A stretch of 64,000 nucleotides of DNA from a virus: IMG/VR virus record IMGVR_UViG_3300003177_000020, positions 16,033 through 80,032 of that record. One strand, given 5' to 3'. Below, one piece after another: positions 19,966-29,377 of the stretch. Position 1 is the stretch's first letter; each line of letters opens with the position of its first letter. A program made the translations under genes and the position numbers. Below the pieces are notes generated by a model, which had not been told where the DNA came from, did not search any database, and saw only the letters and a list, made by a program, of their open reading frames with translations.

Positions 19966-20478
19966 ATGCTCTATTACGTTGATGTTGATCCCATCGGATC
20001 TGATACACAATGGAACGACCTATCAACTGCCATTCAAGAACTTGTGAAACTGTGGCATCCAAAACTTTCTGTGTTTGTTGCGCATGAGATTATCACGCGA
20101 TTCATATCTTACGACTACCGCAAAGATCCATATATCGCAGGTGTTCAAGTTGCACGATCATGGTGTTTCGGATTTGTAGAACAAGATTACAGCACGGATG
20201 ATCACCACGCTTGCCAGATTATCCATGAAGGTCTAAAGGATCTCCAACCAGAAACAGATCAAAAGTTCGCAGCTCTGCACTTGTTACGCATGGTGTTTCA
20301 ACCTGCACTCGAAACCAAAATCCAGAATTTGAAAGCAATCATTCGTCTGGCGCAGAACACGGGTGCAGTCACAGATAAATTGCTTCTTGGTATCTTCAAC
20401 AAGGCACGATCTCTTTTCCACCAAAAATCAGTCCATATGTTTGATCTCTATTATCACGACCTGCTTCTTGCGTATTAG
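19966..20478 (+). CDS. Hypothetical protein
   Basis: GAAAGGG RBS, operon ORF. Confidence 0.6.
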   Translation: MLYYVDVDPIGSDTQWNDLSTAIQELVKLWHPKLSVFVAHEIITRFISYDYRKDPYIAGVQVARSWCFGFVEQDYSTDDHHACQIIHEGLKDLQPETDQKFAALHLLRMVFQPALETKIQNLKAIIRLAQNTGAVTDKLLLGIFNKARSLFHQKSVHMFDLYYHDLLLAY

Positions 20479-20505
20479 CACCGCAACAGAAAGGAATACA
20501 GCAGC

Positions 20506-20697
20506 ATGAACAAGTTTGTTTTCTGGTTTATAATCTGCATCCCGTTGTTGATCGGGATTCCCACAGGGTTCTTTTTTCTGCTGAAACCACAAATAGGATT
20601 CATCAATATCAACCCGTCCATCGCCTATATTATTTTTGTGGCTTCCATCGCAGCATCTTTTCTAATCTTTTTGGGAAGCGAACTCACCAAGAAATAA
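20506..20697 (+). CDS. Small membrane protein (2 TM)
   Basis: Two hydrophobic segments; AAAGGA RBS. Confidence 0.65.
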   Translation: MNKFVFWFIICIPLLIGIPTGFFFLLKPQIGFININPSIAYIIFVASIAASFLIFLGSELTKK

Positions 20698-20805
20698 TCC
20701 CGCACACAATCCCACCTGCAAAACTCTCTTTATTTATTTTTTATATTAGTCACATTATTTTTTGTACTATACAATTTTTAATCATTCTGCATAAAGGAAT
20801 ACACA

Positions 20806-21726
20806 ATGGCAAAAAGACGAAGCACCAAAAACAAACAAGAAACACAAACTCCAAAAAGCAACACTCAGGATGTCAAACCACTCTACAAAAAGAAACACAA
20901 CATCGAAGACGTGCAGCCATTCAAAGACGTCACAGGCACATCCAGAAAGCTCACAAAAGAGATGGTCATTGCCAGACGTATCCTCGTCCTGCAAGAGTTC
21001 GCCAGAGGCAAAGCACCTGAAGTTATCGCCTACGAAATCGGCACTTCAGAGGAAATTGTACAACGCGAACTCGACATCGCTCTCGAAAAGATCGCAAACG
21101 AATACACGCACGCTTCACCTTCACAAATATTCGCCAAATACGCCACGTTCCAGTTCGGTGTCCTCAATAAGATTCAAAAAGCTTATGAACGCTTTGCTGC
21201 CGATCCCTCCATGAAATCCGCATCCGCACAGATCTCCGCTCTCAAAACTCAATCCGATATCTATGACAAAATTATTCAAAAAGGCGTCGACTTCGGCATT
21301 ATACAAAACAAACGTAAAAAGAAAGCACAAGACCTTCAATCACAAAATCCCGATCAACTCGCTGGCGTACTTCAACAAGAAATTCAAGAAATGATTATCC
21401 TACTCAACGAAATCAACCCAAACGCTGCAAACAAAATTAAACAACAATTCAAACAAGAAAAACAAACACAACCAAAAACACACACGAAACAAAACAACAA
21501 TTCAAAACTTAAACAAATACCAAAACACAAAAAACAACAACTCGACAAATGGATGTTCAAAGGCAACGCTTCACCAGAAATTATCAAAGAACAAGAACTT
21601 CAAAAAGCTCTCGAAATTCAAGTCCAACTACACAAATCTAAAAAAGAAAACAATTCAAGCAATCAAGACAACTCAACAGAACAAACTTCACAACAGACAA
21701 ATACAAACACAGAAACAACAAAGTAA
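20806..21726 (+). CDS. HTH protein, putative terminase small subunit
   Basis: RRILVL....G....IA.EIG.S...V.REL HTH followed by helical region; extreme A/C strand skew; adjacent to a helically phased repeat. Confidence 0.5.
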   Translation: MAKRRSTKNKQETQTPKSNTQDVKPLYKKKHNIEDVQPFKDVTGTSRKLTKEMVIARRILVLQEFARGKAPEVIAYEIGTSEEIVQRELDIALEKIANEYTHASPSQIFAKYATFQFGVLNKIQKAYERFAADPSMKSASAQISALKTQSDIYDKIIQKGVDFGIIQNKRKKKAQDLQSQNPDQLAGVLQQEIQEMIILLNEINPNAANKIKQQFKQEKQTQPKTHTKQNNNSKLKQIPKHKKQQLDKWMFKGNASPEIIKEQELQKALEIQVQLHKSKKENNSSNQDNSTEQTSQQTNTNTETTK

Positions 21727-21783
21727 AAATCAAATATAACAGTAGGACATATAAGAAAAGATCATTTCACATTTATTAGAGAT

Positions 21784-21901
21784 TCATACCAGCTTCATAG
21801 TGGTTTCATGGGGCAGTCATAGGTGGAGTCATCAGTGCTTTACCATAGTGGTATTAGGGGCATTCATAGGTGGCATCATTAGAGCTTTATGAGGGCTTCA
21901 T
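21784..21901. repeat. ~11-bp periodic TCAT repeat (candidate pac/terminus signal)
   Basis: TCAT at 21784, 21795, 21806, 21817, 21829, 21864, 21876, 21898; variants at 21843 and 21887. Confidence 0.75.
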
Positions 21902-22159
21902 GATTGTGGTTGGTCACAAAGCACAACCACCTGCACCTCCCTATAATTCCCGTGTCATCGGCATATATGGGGTTGTAAGCTGCGACTATCTGCCCTTGAT
22001 TCCTGTCTTCTTTTCCCACGCTGGAATCTTTCCAGACCTTTCTTGCTGCTAAAAAGTGTTCATTTTGGTGTTTGCTACGCGGTAATTGTTTTGTTGTTGT
22101 TGGCATAAAGCTGCGTTATCGTTTAGCTTTTGCTTGTTTTGGTTGTGGTGTAAAAGAAA

Positions 22160-22395
22160 AGTGTCACGCGGTGGATCATTCTTGATGGCAGAATGCTTGA
22201 TTTTGAGTGAAATGTGTTGTTGGCAGCAAATTGGATTTTCCTTTTATGAATCAGTATCTTGCCCTTGTTTTGTGTTGTTTTTATTTGTAAGAAAAAGTCT
22301 GATTGTCTAAAAAGTGAACTACCCGTGTCAATTTTGAAGTTCAAAAAATAGTGTAATGATTTTAGTTGTTTATCTTTGTAAGAATTTCCCTACAC
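22160..22395. repeat. Duplicated non-coding element, copy 1
   Basis: Shares in order GTGWCACGCGG, TTCCTTTTAT..AGTATCTT, ATTTGTAAGAAAAAGTCTGAT, TGTAATGATTTTA, GAATTTCCCTACA with copy 2. Confidence 0.85.
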
Positions 22396-22705
22396 GTGTT
22401 TATTGTGCTTTGTTGTGATCTGCTGTTGTTGAGGCTGTGCCGTGTTGAAGGTCTAAACAGGTGATTTGTTGTTATTGTAACAGAAAGGCTAGTTTTAGGC
22501 GTTTTATATGCTTGCTAGATAGATTGTATTGGTTGCGTTGAGTTTTTGCGTAATAGGGCTATTTCTGTGCTTCGATTTTAAGTGGGTTGTTTTTGTGATC
22601 TGGTATGGTGATCCTACGATGTGATCTGCTGTGTGTTGAATTTGTATGGTGTACGTGGTGTTTTCTTGTTGGTGTTGGTAGTAAAAGCGTAGAGTTATTA
22701 GTAAG

Positions 22706-22758
22706 ATGCTAACTTTTTTTATTTATTTCTTGTATCTGTCATAGGTTAGAGCTACTAT
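22706..22758 (+). promoter_or_regulatory. Early-type promoter TTGTAT-17-TACTAT with conserved upstream box
   Basis: ATGCTAACTTTTTTTATTTATTTC upstream of -35. Confidence 0.75.
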
Positions 22759-22801
22759 TTGAACATAAGGAAACGACAACAACTCAAAAGGAGTAAAGAA
22801 G

Positions 22802-22924
22802 ATGACAAACGCAGACTGGAAAGCCTACAAAGACGCAAGACGAAAAAGAATCATCAAAGAGAGCATCTGGATGGCAGCTGCGGTAGCCCTCAAGGCAGCC
22901 AGCTACTACGTGATTTTCTGCTAA
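22802..22924 (+). CDS. 40-aa peptide (MTNADWKAYKDARRKRII...), not in ORF track
   Basis: AAAAGGAG RBS directly downstream of promoter. Confidence 0.6.
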   Translation: MTNADWKAYKDARRKRIIKESIWMAAAVALKAASYYVIFC

Positions 22925-23017
22925 GGAACCACGGCAGATACAGAGAACAAATATTTCTTGTAACATGAAAAGGTAGTAATACCGCTACCTTGTAACCACT
23001 CAAAAGGAGTGAAGAAG

Positions 23018-23275
23018 ATGGAAACAGTACGCATGATCACAGGTGCAGAGTTGGACGCAAAGCTGGCAAAGAACATGGAATTTGAAGCGTGGATGGACGA
23101 TGTGGATGCCATGATTCAACGTCTAACAGGATTAGGATGTGATGATTTTGTTGACATCTGCTACAGAGATCTTTTCGACGCAGGATGTCTTCCCGATGGC
23201 GCACTTGAAGAACTGGCAGCGCAAGACAGCGTTTTTGCTGAGTTTATGCGAGCAGAGGGCTACCACATCGATTGA
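23018..23275 (+). CDS. Small acidic hypothetical protein
   Basis: AAAAGGAG RBS; FEAWM..VD.......GL..DD..D..YR..FD.G..P motif. Confidence 0.7.
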   Translation: METVRMITGAELDAKLAKNMEFEAWMDDVDAMIQRLTGLGCDDFVDICYRDLFDAGCLPDGALEELAAQDSVFAEFMRAEGYHID

Positions 23276-23358
23276 TTGGATCGAAACAACAAACAACAAC
23301 GCAGCACGCAATAAGGCAACGCTGCACAACAGCCTGATAGAAGGCAAAGGACACGGTT

Positions 23359-23583
23359 ATGAAAATGGCACACGTAGCGAGAATCATTGATAATTTTGAC
23401 CAAAATGTCATTGTTGCAACACCAACCAAACGAGGCATTCGCATCGGAGATGAACATCATCGGTGTTGGTTGGACAAGAAACAGGCAACCAAAGCAGTCC
23501 GAAAACTGAAGAAATTGAAAGGACAAGTTGGCGATTCTTATGAGGATTTTTGGGCAGCCATTGATTTTGGATTGCAAAAGTGA
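23359..23583 (+). CDS. Hypothetical early protein
   Basis: AAAGGA RBS. Confidence 0.6.
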   Translation: MKMAHVARIIDNFDQNVIVATPTKRGIRIGDEHHRCWLDKKQATKAVRKLKKLKGQVGDSYEDFWAAIDFGLQK

Positions 23584-23795
23584 CACGCGGTTGTTCTTTT
23601 CTACCAGCAGCCTTTCTTTTGAAATTCCTTTTATAGAATAGTATCTTACCATGCTTTTATGTGGTGTTGCTTATTTCTGCATTTGTAAGAAAAAGTCTGA
23701 TGGACAATTTTGGTGTGTCCCTCGTGCAGATTTTAAAATGCAAGACACAAATGTAATGATTTTACGGACTTATCCTTTGTAGGAATTTCCCTACA
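23580..23795. repeat. Duplicated non-coding element, copy 2
   Basis: Colinear conserved blocks with 22160-22395. Confidence 0.85.
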
Positions 23796-23945
23796 AGCAC
23801 TTTTATACAGGATGTGATCTTGGAAGGTGATCCGTATGATCTCCAAAAGTGATCTGTATTGGCAGATAATTGGTGGTTCCACGGCAGTCCTGATGGGTAA
23901 GATTGTGTGTTTTTGAAAATAATTGTGTAGTGATAACGCCTACAT

Positions 23946-23996
23946 ACTAACTTTTTTTATTTATTCCCTGTATTTTGCATCAAACATCTGTATACT
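23946..23996 (+). promoter_or_regulatory. Early-type promoter CTGTAT-17-TATACT
   Basis: Conserved upstream box ACTAACTTTTTTTATTTATT. Confidence 0.7.
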
Positions 23997-24064
23997 AAGG
24001 ACATAACGAAGCAGCGCACAACGCAACGTTTCACAACAGCCCATAAGAGGCAAAGGAAAAGATC

Positions 24065-24271
24065 ATGACAAAGAAACAAAGAGAAGAAAGCCAACTCGCA
24101 GAAACAAACTTCAACGTACAAAGACTCTGCGAAGAAGCCCAACAAAAGCTGGCAGAAATTGCAGAGGGTATCAACCGCAACCACAACCTTGAAACAGCCA
24201 GCGAAATTGAAGAAAGCCTCGCATACTTCGTAGATCAACTCAACGGATTACGCAAACAAATCAAAGCGTAA
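24065..24271 (+). CDS. Small helical early protein
   Basis: AAAGGA RBS after promoter. Confidence 0.7.
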   Translation: MTKKQREESQLAETNFNVQRLCEEAQQKLAEIAEGINRNHNLETASEIEESLAYFVDQLNGLRKQIKA

Positions 24272-24308
24272 GCCAAACAGCAACCCAAAAAGGGAAAGGA
24301 CAACAATC

Positions 24309-24460
24309 ATGGACAGACTTGAAGAATTGGAATCAAACATCATCAACCTGACCTAGATCATTTTGATTTACCCTCGGAACACACCGCGATAGCAATGGCA
24401 ACCGAACTGAAACAAGCGGTACTTATCCTCACCAAATACCGCAAGAAGCTCAAAGGCTAA
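24309..24460 (+). CDS. Small early protein with apparent 1-nt frameshift (MDRLEELESNIINL / DLDHFDLPSEH...KKLKG)
   Basis: AAAGGA RBS; adding one base at ~24350 joins the two halves. Confidence 0.45.
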
Positions 24461-24730
24461 AAGGCTAACACCCGCAACATCCTACCACGCAGCCCTTCCT
24501 GCACGCTTTCTTTTCAATTCCCTATAATTACCCCACAAACACAATCGCAGCCCTTGTGTCGGCTGTATCGCGGTATCTGGTAGGTTGTACATTATGTTGC
24601 ACTTGTGATCTGCAGCTGATGATCTTGGTAGGCGATCAAGCTTGTTTCCTATGGATTATGATCGGATCACTTACAGAAAAAGATCATTCTGTCTAAATAG
24701 CAAACATAATTCTTTAGCAATAACGCCTAG

Positions 24731-24783
24731 ATGCTAACTTTTTATAAATAAAGCTTGTAAAGTGAAGTGATCCTAGCTACTAT
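24731..24783 (+). promoter_or_regulatory. Early-type promoter TTGTAA-17-TACTAT, GATC in spacer
   Basis: -35 at 24755-60, GATC at 24769-72, -10 at 24778-83. Confidence 0.8.
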
Positions 24784-24850
24784 CACAACATAACGAAGCG
24801 GGACGCAATAAAGCAAACCGCGCAACGCCTAAAAGGCAAAGGATAAGAAA

Positions 24851-25267
24851 ATGGAAAACATGACAAAAACCGAACAGTTCAACCTTTTGGAAGGCATCAC
24901 GCTCAAGACGATCAAAGGACGCGCTGAGATGCTCAAGCAGAAAGTTTTGAACGCCATCCAAGGGAACTGCGCAGCCTTTCGAATTGAGGAACTCTGCAAA
25001 TCGGAAGCCTACACCGAACATCTGATGCGGTACGAGAGGCTGCGCAACCACAAAGATTTTGAAAACCGACCATTTGACGCCTACTTGGAAGCCATGAAGC
25101 ACCAAGAAAGAGTTCTTTTCTCACAGGCAGATGGCGAATTTTCAACCAGCGCAGCTTACCGCTGCAACGCGCACTATAAAATACAAGTGGCGCGGGAACT
25201 GATGCAAGACCCTCTCTACCAAATGGCAAAAGACGCATCTGCCGAATACAAGGCAAACGAAGCGTAA
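24851..25267 (+). CDS. Hypothetical early protein
   Basis: AAAGGA RBS after promoter. Confidence 0.75.
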   Translation: MENMTKTEQFNLLEGITLKTIKGRAEMLKQKVLNAIQGNCAAFRIEELCKSEAYTEHLMRYERLRNHKDFENRPFDAYLEAMKHQERVLFSQADGEFSTSAAYRCNAHYKIQVARELMQDPLYQMAKDASAEYKANEA

Positions 25268-25497
25268 CACACGCCAAACAAAAGCCCACCCGATCAAACC
25301 TACCAGCAGCCTCCTAATTCCCCACAAAGCGCAACACAAACAAACCTCGCGCAAGTCCCTCCTTTGATCTGCATACAAACAGGCAGGACTTGGGATAGGC
25401 GCAGCCTCCCTGCGTTGCCTTATGGTCGCGTAATTCAGATCACATTAGGATCACTTCTACAATTCGCACTTTCAATTCTTTAGTCTTATCGCTTACT

Positions 25498-25549
25498 TGC
25501 TAACTATTTTTATTTATTCCTTGTAAGTTACACCGATCATCTCTACTAT
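25498..25549 (+). promoter_or_regulatory. Early-type promoter TTGTAA-17-TACTAT, GATC in spacer
   Basis: -35 at 25521-26, GATC at 25535-38, -10 at 25544-49. Confidence 0.8.
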
Positions 25550-25612
25550 AAGAATCAAGAAACGGGTAACGCAATAAAGCACAGCCCAACAACAACTCTA
25601 AAGGAGTTCAAA

Positions 25613-25894
25613 ATGATTACATCAAACAAAGCCTACCACGAAGCAGCAAACAACAACGCAGCATTTGAAGCACTCGCAACACAACACGGACATGAAGCGG
25701 TAGCAGATGCGCTGGCAACCTACCACCAAGAACACGCAACATTCAATGATAACGGTGAGTTGGAAGTGCCTAACGAAGACTTCCCAACAGCAGATGACGG
25801 CTACACAGTTGACCAATGGGTTGCAGACGTACTCAACGGAAATGGCGACGATGGCGAAGATTTGATACCAACAGAAGAAGACTTCATCATCTAA
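25613..25894 (+). CDS. Small highly acidic early protein
   Basis: AAAGGAG RBS; D/E-rich, only one Lys and no Arg. Confidence 0.75.
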   Translation: MITSNKAYHEAANNNAAFEALATQHGHEAVADALATYHQEHATFNDNGELEVPNEDFPTADDGYTVDQWVADVLNGNGDDGEDLIPTEEDFII

Positions 25895-25925
25895 GAAAAA
25901 CCAAAAGAAAACGCAAGCTTAGAAT

Positions 25926-25956
25926 GCTCTAGCAGAACATCGCTAGGGCTTTTTTT
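25926..25956 (+). terminator. Rho-independent terminator
   Basis: GCTCTAGC-N8-GCTAGGGC stem followed by T7. Confidence 0.8.
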
Positions 25957-26225
25957 GTAACCACACCATGCCATCCTACAACCACCTACCAGAACATAGC
26001 AAGCGATACAGGCTACACAGCGCGATTACAACAGGCAACATAACCCAACGTACCAATAGCAGCCTAAAACGCCACAAACGCAACATATAGCCTTCCTCGT
26101 ACAAGTTAGAGGCTACCATGCACACCTTCATTCATAGGGGGGGGGATTAGGAGGGGTTACAAAACACAACGGATGCGATCAATTTTGAAATAAGTTCACT
26201 TGCAGTAATGGCACTTGCAGTAAGT

Positions 26226-26504
26226 TCACTTTCCGAACACATATTTCTGGAAAGTTTCTTCATTGATGATTCCAGAGTTGCGAAGTCTATCGATGACTCC
26301 GAACCATTTTTTATCAGCCAGCCATTCAAGTCCTTCATTTTCAAACAGAGCGATATCGTCTGGTGTTGCTTGTGGCAGACTTGAGTGGACTACTTTTTTG
26401 TGGATGAGACCACCTAGTTCATTGACTTGGTAACCTCCGAGTATAACTAGCGGTTCTTTTGTGTCTTTTGCGATCATTGGTTTATTTGGATTTCGTTTTT
26501 TCAT
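26226..26504 (-). CDS. Hypothetical protein
   Basis: Last ORF of the - strand cluster. Confidence 0.55.
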   Translation of the reverse strand: MKKRNPNKPMIAKDTKEPLVILGGYQVNELGGLIHKKVVHSSLPQATPDDIALFENEGLEWLADKKWFGVIDRLRNSGIINEETFQKYVFGK

Positions 26505-27297
26505 TGTGCTGCTCACCTTGTTTCAATTTTTGAATGATCTCGCCATATTTTTTGAGTCGTGTTGCGTTGTCCACGTTCCAGACTTTGTTTTGTTCTGCGT
26601 GGTTCAATTTTGATTGAATTTCTGGGAGCAATTCTTCGTCGAATATGAACCCTGCTGGATCTTCTGTTTGATAGATATGGAGACCACTTGCGACGCCATC
26701 ACCCAGATTGTATGCCAGAGCGAGTCCTTTTGGGTGCATCACACGACGGTTGATTTCGCCTAGCAACCCTGTATCTGCGAGAAACTGTGGTGTGTTTTCA
26801 ACAGATGCTTTTATTTTTGCTTTGAAGGACATACTTTTTGCTTTTTGTTGAATTTTGTTTGTGATCTGTTCTGCGATGTATGCTGCCATTGGGATTGTGG
26901 GATCGACTTTGATCTTGGCATTTGCGATCACATATGCGAACATTCCCGCGTGCTGCAGCATCCTATGTTCGATTTGATCCAGAATGCCCACAACTATTTT
27001 TGAGTTTTTTGCAGTTCTCAATAGTGTGAGATTCGCAGTCATAATTTCGAGATAGCGATCATCTTTTGATTCGAGTCCTTCTTTGAATATTCTGAATGTT
27101 ACGCGATCATTTTGAATATCTTTTTGGACGAGCAGCACAGGTGCATTTCCAATGTACGCGAGGTGTCCTTTTTGTAGTTCCAAGCGTATAGCTTCCACCT
27201 GCTCATTTGACGCAGTCCAATCAACTTCATGTGCTGGTGGACGTGGTTCTTCTTCCATTGAATTGAATTGTGGTTGATCCAAGCGATTGTTTCCCAT
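26482..27297 (-). CDS. Hypothetical protein
   Basis: AAGGA RBS; F..TGLL.EINRRV.HP.GLAL motif. Confidence 0.7.
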   Translation of the reverse strand: MGNNRLDQPQFNSMEEEPRPPAHEVDWTASNEQVEAIRLELQKGHLAYIGNAPVLLVQKDIQNDRVTFRIFKEGLESKDDRYLEIMTANLTLLRTAKNSKIVVGILDQIEHRMLQHAGMFAYVIANAKIKVDPTIPMAAYIAEQITNKIQQKAKSMSFKAKIKASVENTPQFLADTGLLGEINRRVMHPKGLALAYNLGDGVASGLHIYQTEDPAGFIFDEELLPEIQSKLNHAEQNKVWNVDNATRLKKYGEIIQKLKQGEQHNEKTKSK

Positions 27298-27337
27298 TGT
27301 ATGTATTTCCTTTTGATACAGGTTGTGTATGTTCTGG

Positions 27338-27520
27338 CTATCTGATGCCATTGTAGATGTATGGTGATTTTTCTTTGACGGCATCAAATATTTTGCGACG
27401 GACAGCCTCTGTTTCAGGATCTTCATCCTCACACATGGGATTTTGCATCATGGCTGCAAGTATTTGTCTTTCTTCTGAATTGAGGGTTATTTTCAGTGTA
27501 ATTTCCGTTTCAATATTCAT
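27338..27520 (-). CDS. Hypothetical small protein
   Basis: GAAAGGA RBS; MMQNP motif. Confidence 0.6.
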   Translation of the reverse strand: MNIETEITLKITLNSEERQILAAMMQNPMCEDEDPETEAVRRKIFDAVKEKSPYIYNGIR

Positions 27521-27545
27521 TGCATTGTTCCTTTCGTGTTGTGTG

Positions 27546-28082
27546 CTAGGCACTTGCTAGTTTGATGATTTGTTTGAGGGTGTCGTGTGTAAATCTTTGA
27601 ACTACATGTGATTGATTCCAGATTGTAGTGGTGTATGTGTTTGTGATCTTTTCGTGTAACTGGAACCGATAAAGTTGCTTGTACACATCATCCGCAACTG
27701 ATTTAACAAGTCTGTCTCGCTCTAAAGCATTGATGGTCAGTATTTCCAAAATGCCGACAGCATACATTTTCAACCGTCCTTGCAGTGATTGCATCCCAAA
27801 ATATACCTTGGATTGTAATACTTCCGCATACAATTGATGTTGTGTAATTTCAGTTTCAATGTTTGTTGTTGGAAGTCCAGCACGTTTCCAGATTTGATCT
27901 TCTGGTATATCTGTATTTTGACAGATAATGTATTCCGTTGTTCGTACTTTTGCAGCTGCGATCCGTTCCAGTTGAACTTTTATGCCGATGTTGTCACGGC
28001 TGTTGTTTTGTTTTTGGGACGCAACTAACTGCTCCAATTTTATGTACGTGTCGAATATTTCATTTTCCAGATCGGATAACAT
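27546..28082 (-). CDS. Hypothetical protein
   Basis: GAAAGGG RBS. Confidence 0.6.
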   Translation of the reverse strand: MLSDLENEIFDTYIKLEQLVASQKQNNSRDNIGIKVQLERIAAAKVRTTEYIICQNTDIPEDQIWKRAGLPTTNIETEITQHQLYAEVLQSKVYFGMQSLQGRLKMYAVGILEILTINALERDRLVKSVADDVYKQLYRFQLHEKITNTYTTTIWNQSHVVQRFTHDTLKQIIKLASA

Positions 28083-28288
28083 ATAGGTTCCCTTTCTTAT
28101 TGACGGTCGCATACAAATCTAGTGTTGGCATGAGTATTTGCATTGATACCGTGCTGGGTGTTCATGTTCAAGGTTGATACGGATCATGTGTTTTTTGTGT
28201 TTGTATTTTGCACAGATCACACATTGCTTGTACCGTTTACCTCGTGATCCCCTTTTTGATCTTTGTTGTGATGTGTTCAATTTACCCT

Positions 28289-28582
28289 CTAAAGGTGGCT
28301 GCTTGGTGGGAAGCATGGTGGAAAATCAGCATGGCGATCCTCTGGCTCTGCTTTCTTCACTTCAAAAATATATTCTGCCATTTGATCCCAAACGCTATCC
28401 ACCTCGGCATCTTCACCCCACTGCGCACGGTAGTCATCGATCATCTTGATAATTGAGGTGCGTACAAAATCCTTTACAGATTCAATGCTTCCAGTGTAGC
28501 AGCCACAAAAAATATCGCTTGTGTTGCCGTTTATCGTGGAGACTTTGATCACATATTTTTCATTGTCGAATCGTCGTTTCAT
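28289..28582 (-). CDS. Hypothetical protein
   Basis: Start overlaps the upstream stop (TAATG). Confidence 0.55.
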   Translation of the reverse strand: MKRRFDNEKYVIKVSTINGNTSDIFCGCYTGSIESVKDFVRTSIIKMIDDYRAQWGEDAEVDSVWDQMAEYIFEVKKAEPEDRHADFPPCFPPSSHL

Positions 28583-28959
28583 TACACAAACTCCCAAGAG
28601 CAGATTACCAAAGGAAGAAGCCCATTGTGACCGTCAATTGCTGTATGTTTGATATCCTGCACGCAGCATCGGATGTGTTTTCCTTTTGTGTGCCATGTTC
28701 TCGGTCGTTTGAATTTTTTGCACAGGGAGTTCTTTGTTCGCCACCAACCGTTACCAGTGGAAACTCCTATTTGTACGACTGCTTGCGGTGCAGACAAAAA
28801 TGATCCTTCCGCAGTTGAACACGGTACAATTTGATCTTGGGAAAAATAAACTCCCAAACCTTCCGCATTTTGCTGCCCACAATGGAGAGTGAATGTCTCT
28901 CCAACTTTTGCTTGTGCTGCCTCTTTCCAGTTTGTAATATGAAAAAGCTTGTGTTCCAT
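28582..28959 (-). CDS. Possible ADP-ribosyltransferase-fold protein
   Basis: LFHIT...A and EGLGVYFS resemble the H- and Y-strands of PARP-like ARTs; first gene after a promoter. Confidence 0.4.
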   Translation of the reverse strand: MEHKLFHITNWKEAAQAKVGETFTLHCGQQNAEGLGVYFSQDQIVPCSTAEGSFLSAPQAVVQIGVSTGNGWWRTKNSLCKKFKRPRTWHTKGKHIRCCVQDIKHTAIDGHNGLLPLVICSWEFV

Positions 28960-29006
28960 TCTTGTGATCTCCTTCGTGCCTTATGCACTGTATTTGTTAC
29001 TTTTTC

Positions 29007-29058
29007 AGCTTACGATTGATCACGTACACTTACAAGATTTATTTATAAAAAGTTAGTA
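29007..29058 (-). promoter_or_regulatory. Early-type promoter TTGTAA-17-TAAGCT, GATC in spacer
   Basis: Upstream box identical to 331-359; GATC at 29018-21. Confidence 0.7.
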
Positions 29059-29079
29059 ACTATACGAAAGGCAAAGACA

Positions 29080-29367
29080 ATGACACACAGAATGTTACGA
29101 TTTGAAGAAATGATCTCCGAGATCGCATCCACAACGGGAGCCACAAAAAAGGAAGCTGCCAAAGTGATCAACGCTTACATTGATCTTATAGATCGGGAAC
29201 TGCAAGAAGGAAATGATGTCCGCTTGAAAGGGATCGGCAGATTTTGTGTTCGCACTTCCAAATCCAAGAAAGTGATCAACAAATATTTTGGTGTGAATCG
29301 CACCATACCACCGAAGAAATACATACATTTTCAATGCAGTGAAAAAATGCTGCGAAGAATCAACTAG
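29080..29367 (+). CDS. HU/IHF-family DNA-binding protein
   Basis: IA..TG.TKKEA..VI......I..EL..G.DVRL.GIG.F.V.....K....P.K...F. Confidence 0.88.
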   Translation: MTHRMLRFEEMISEIASTTGATKKEAAKVINAYIDLIDRELQEGNDVRLKGIGRFCVRTSKSKKVINKYFGVNRTIPPKKYIHFQCSEKMLRRIN

Positions 29368-29377
29368 GTATTAGATC

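Noticed and set aside
22487-26092. Inverted repeat between ~22490-22540 and ~26040-26090
   Set aside because: Only short matches (GTTTTAGGC, TATTGGT), explainable by opposite compositional skew
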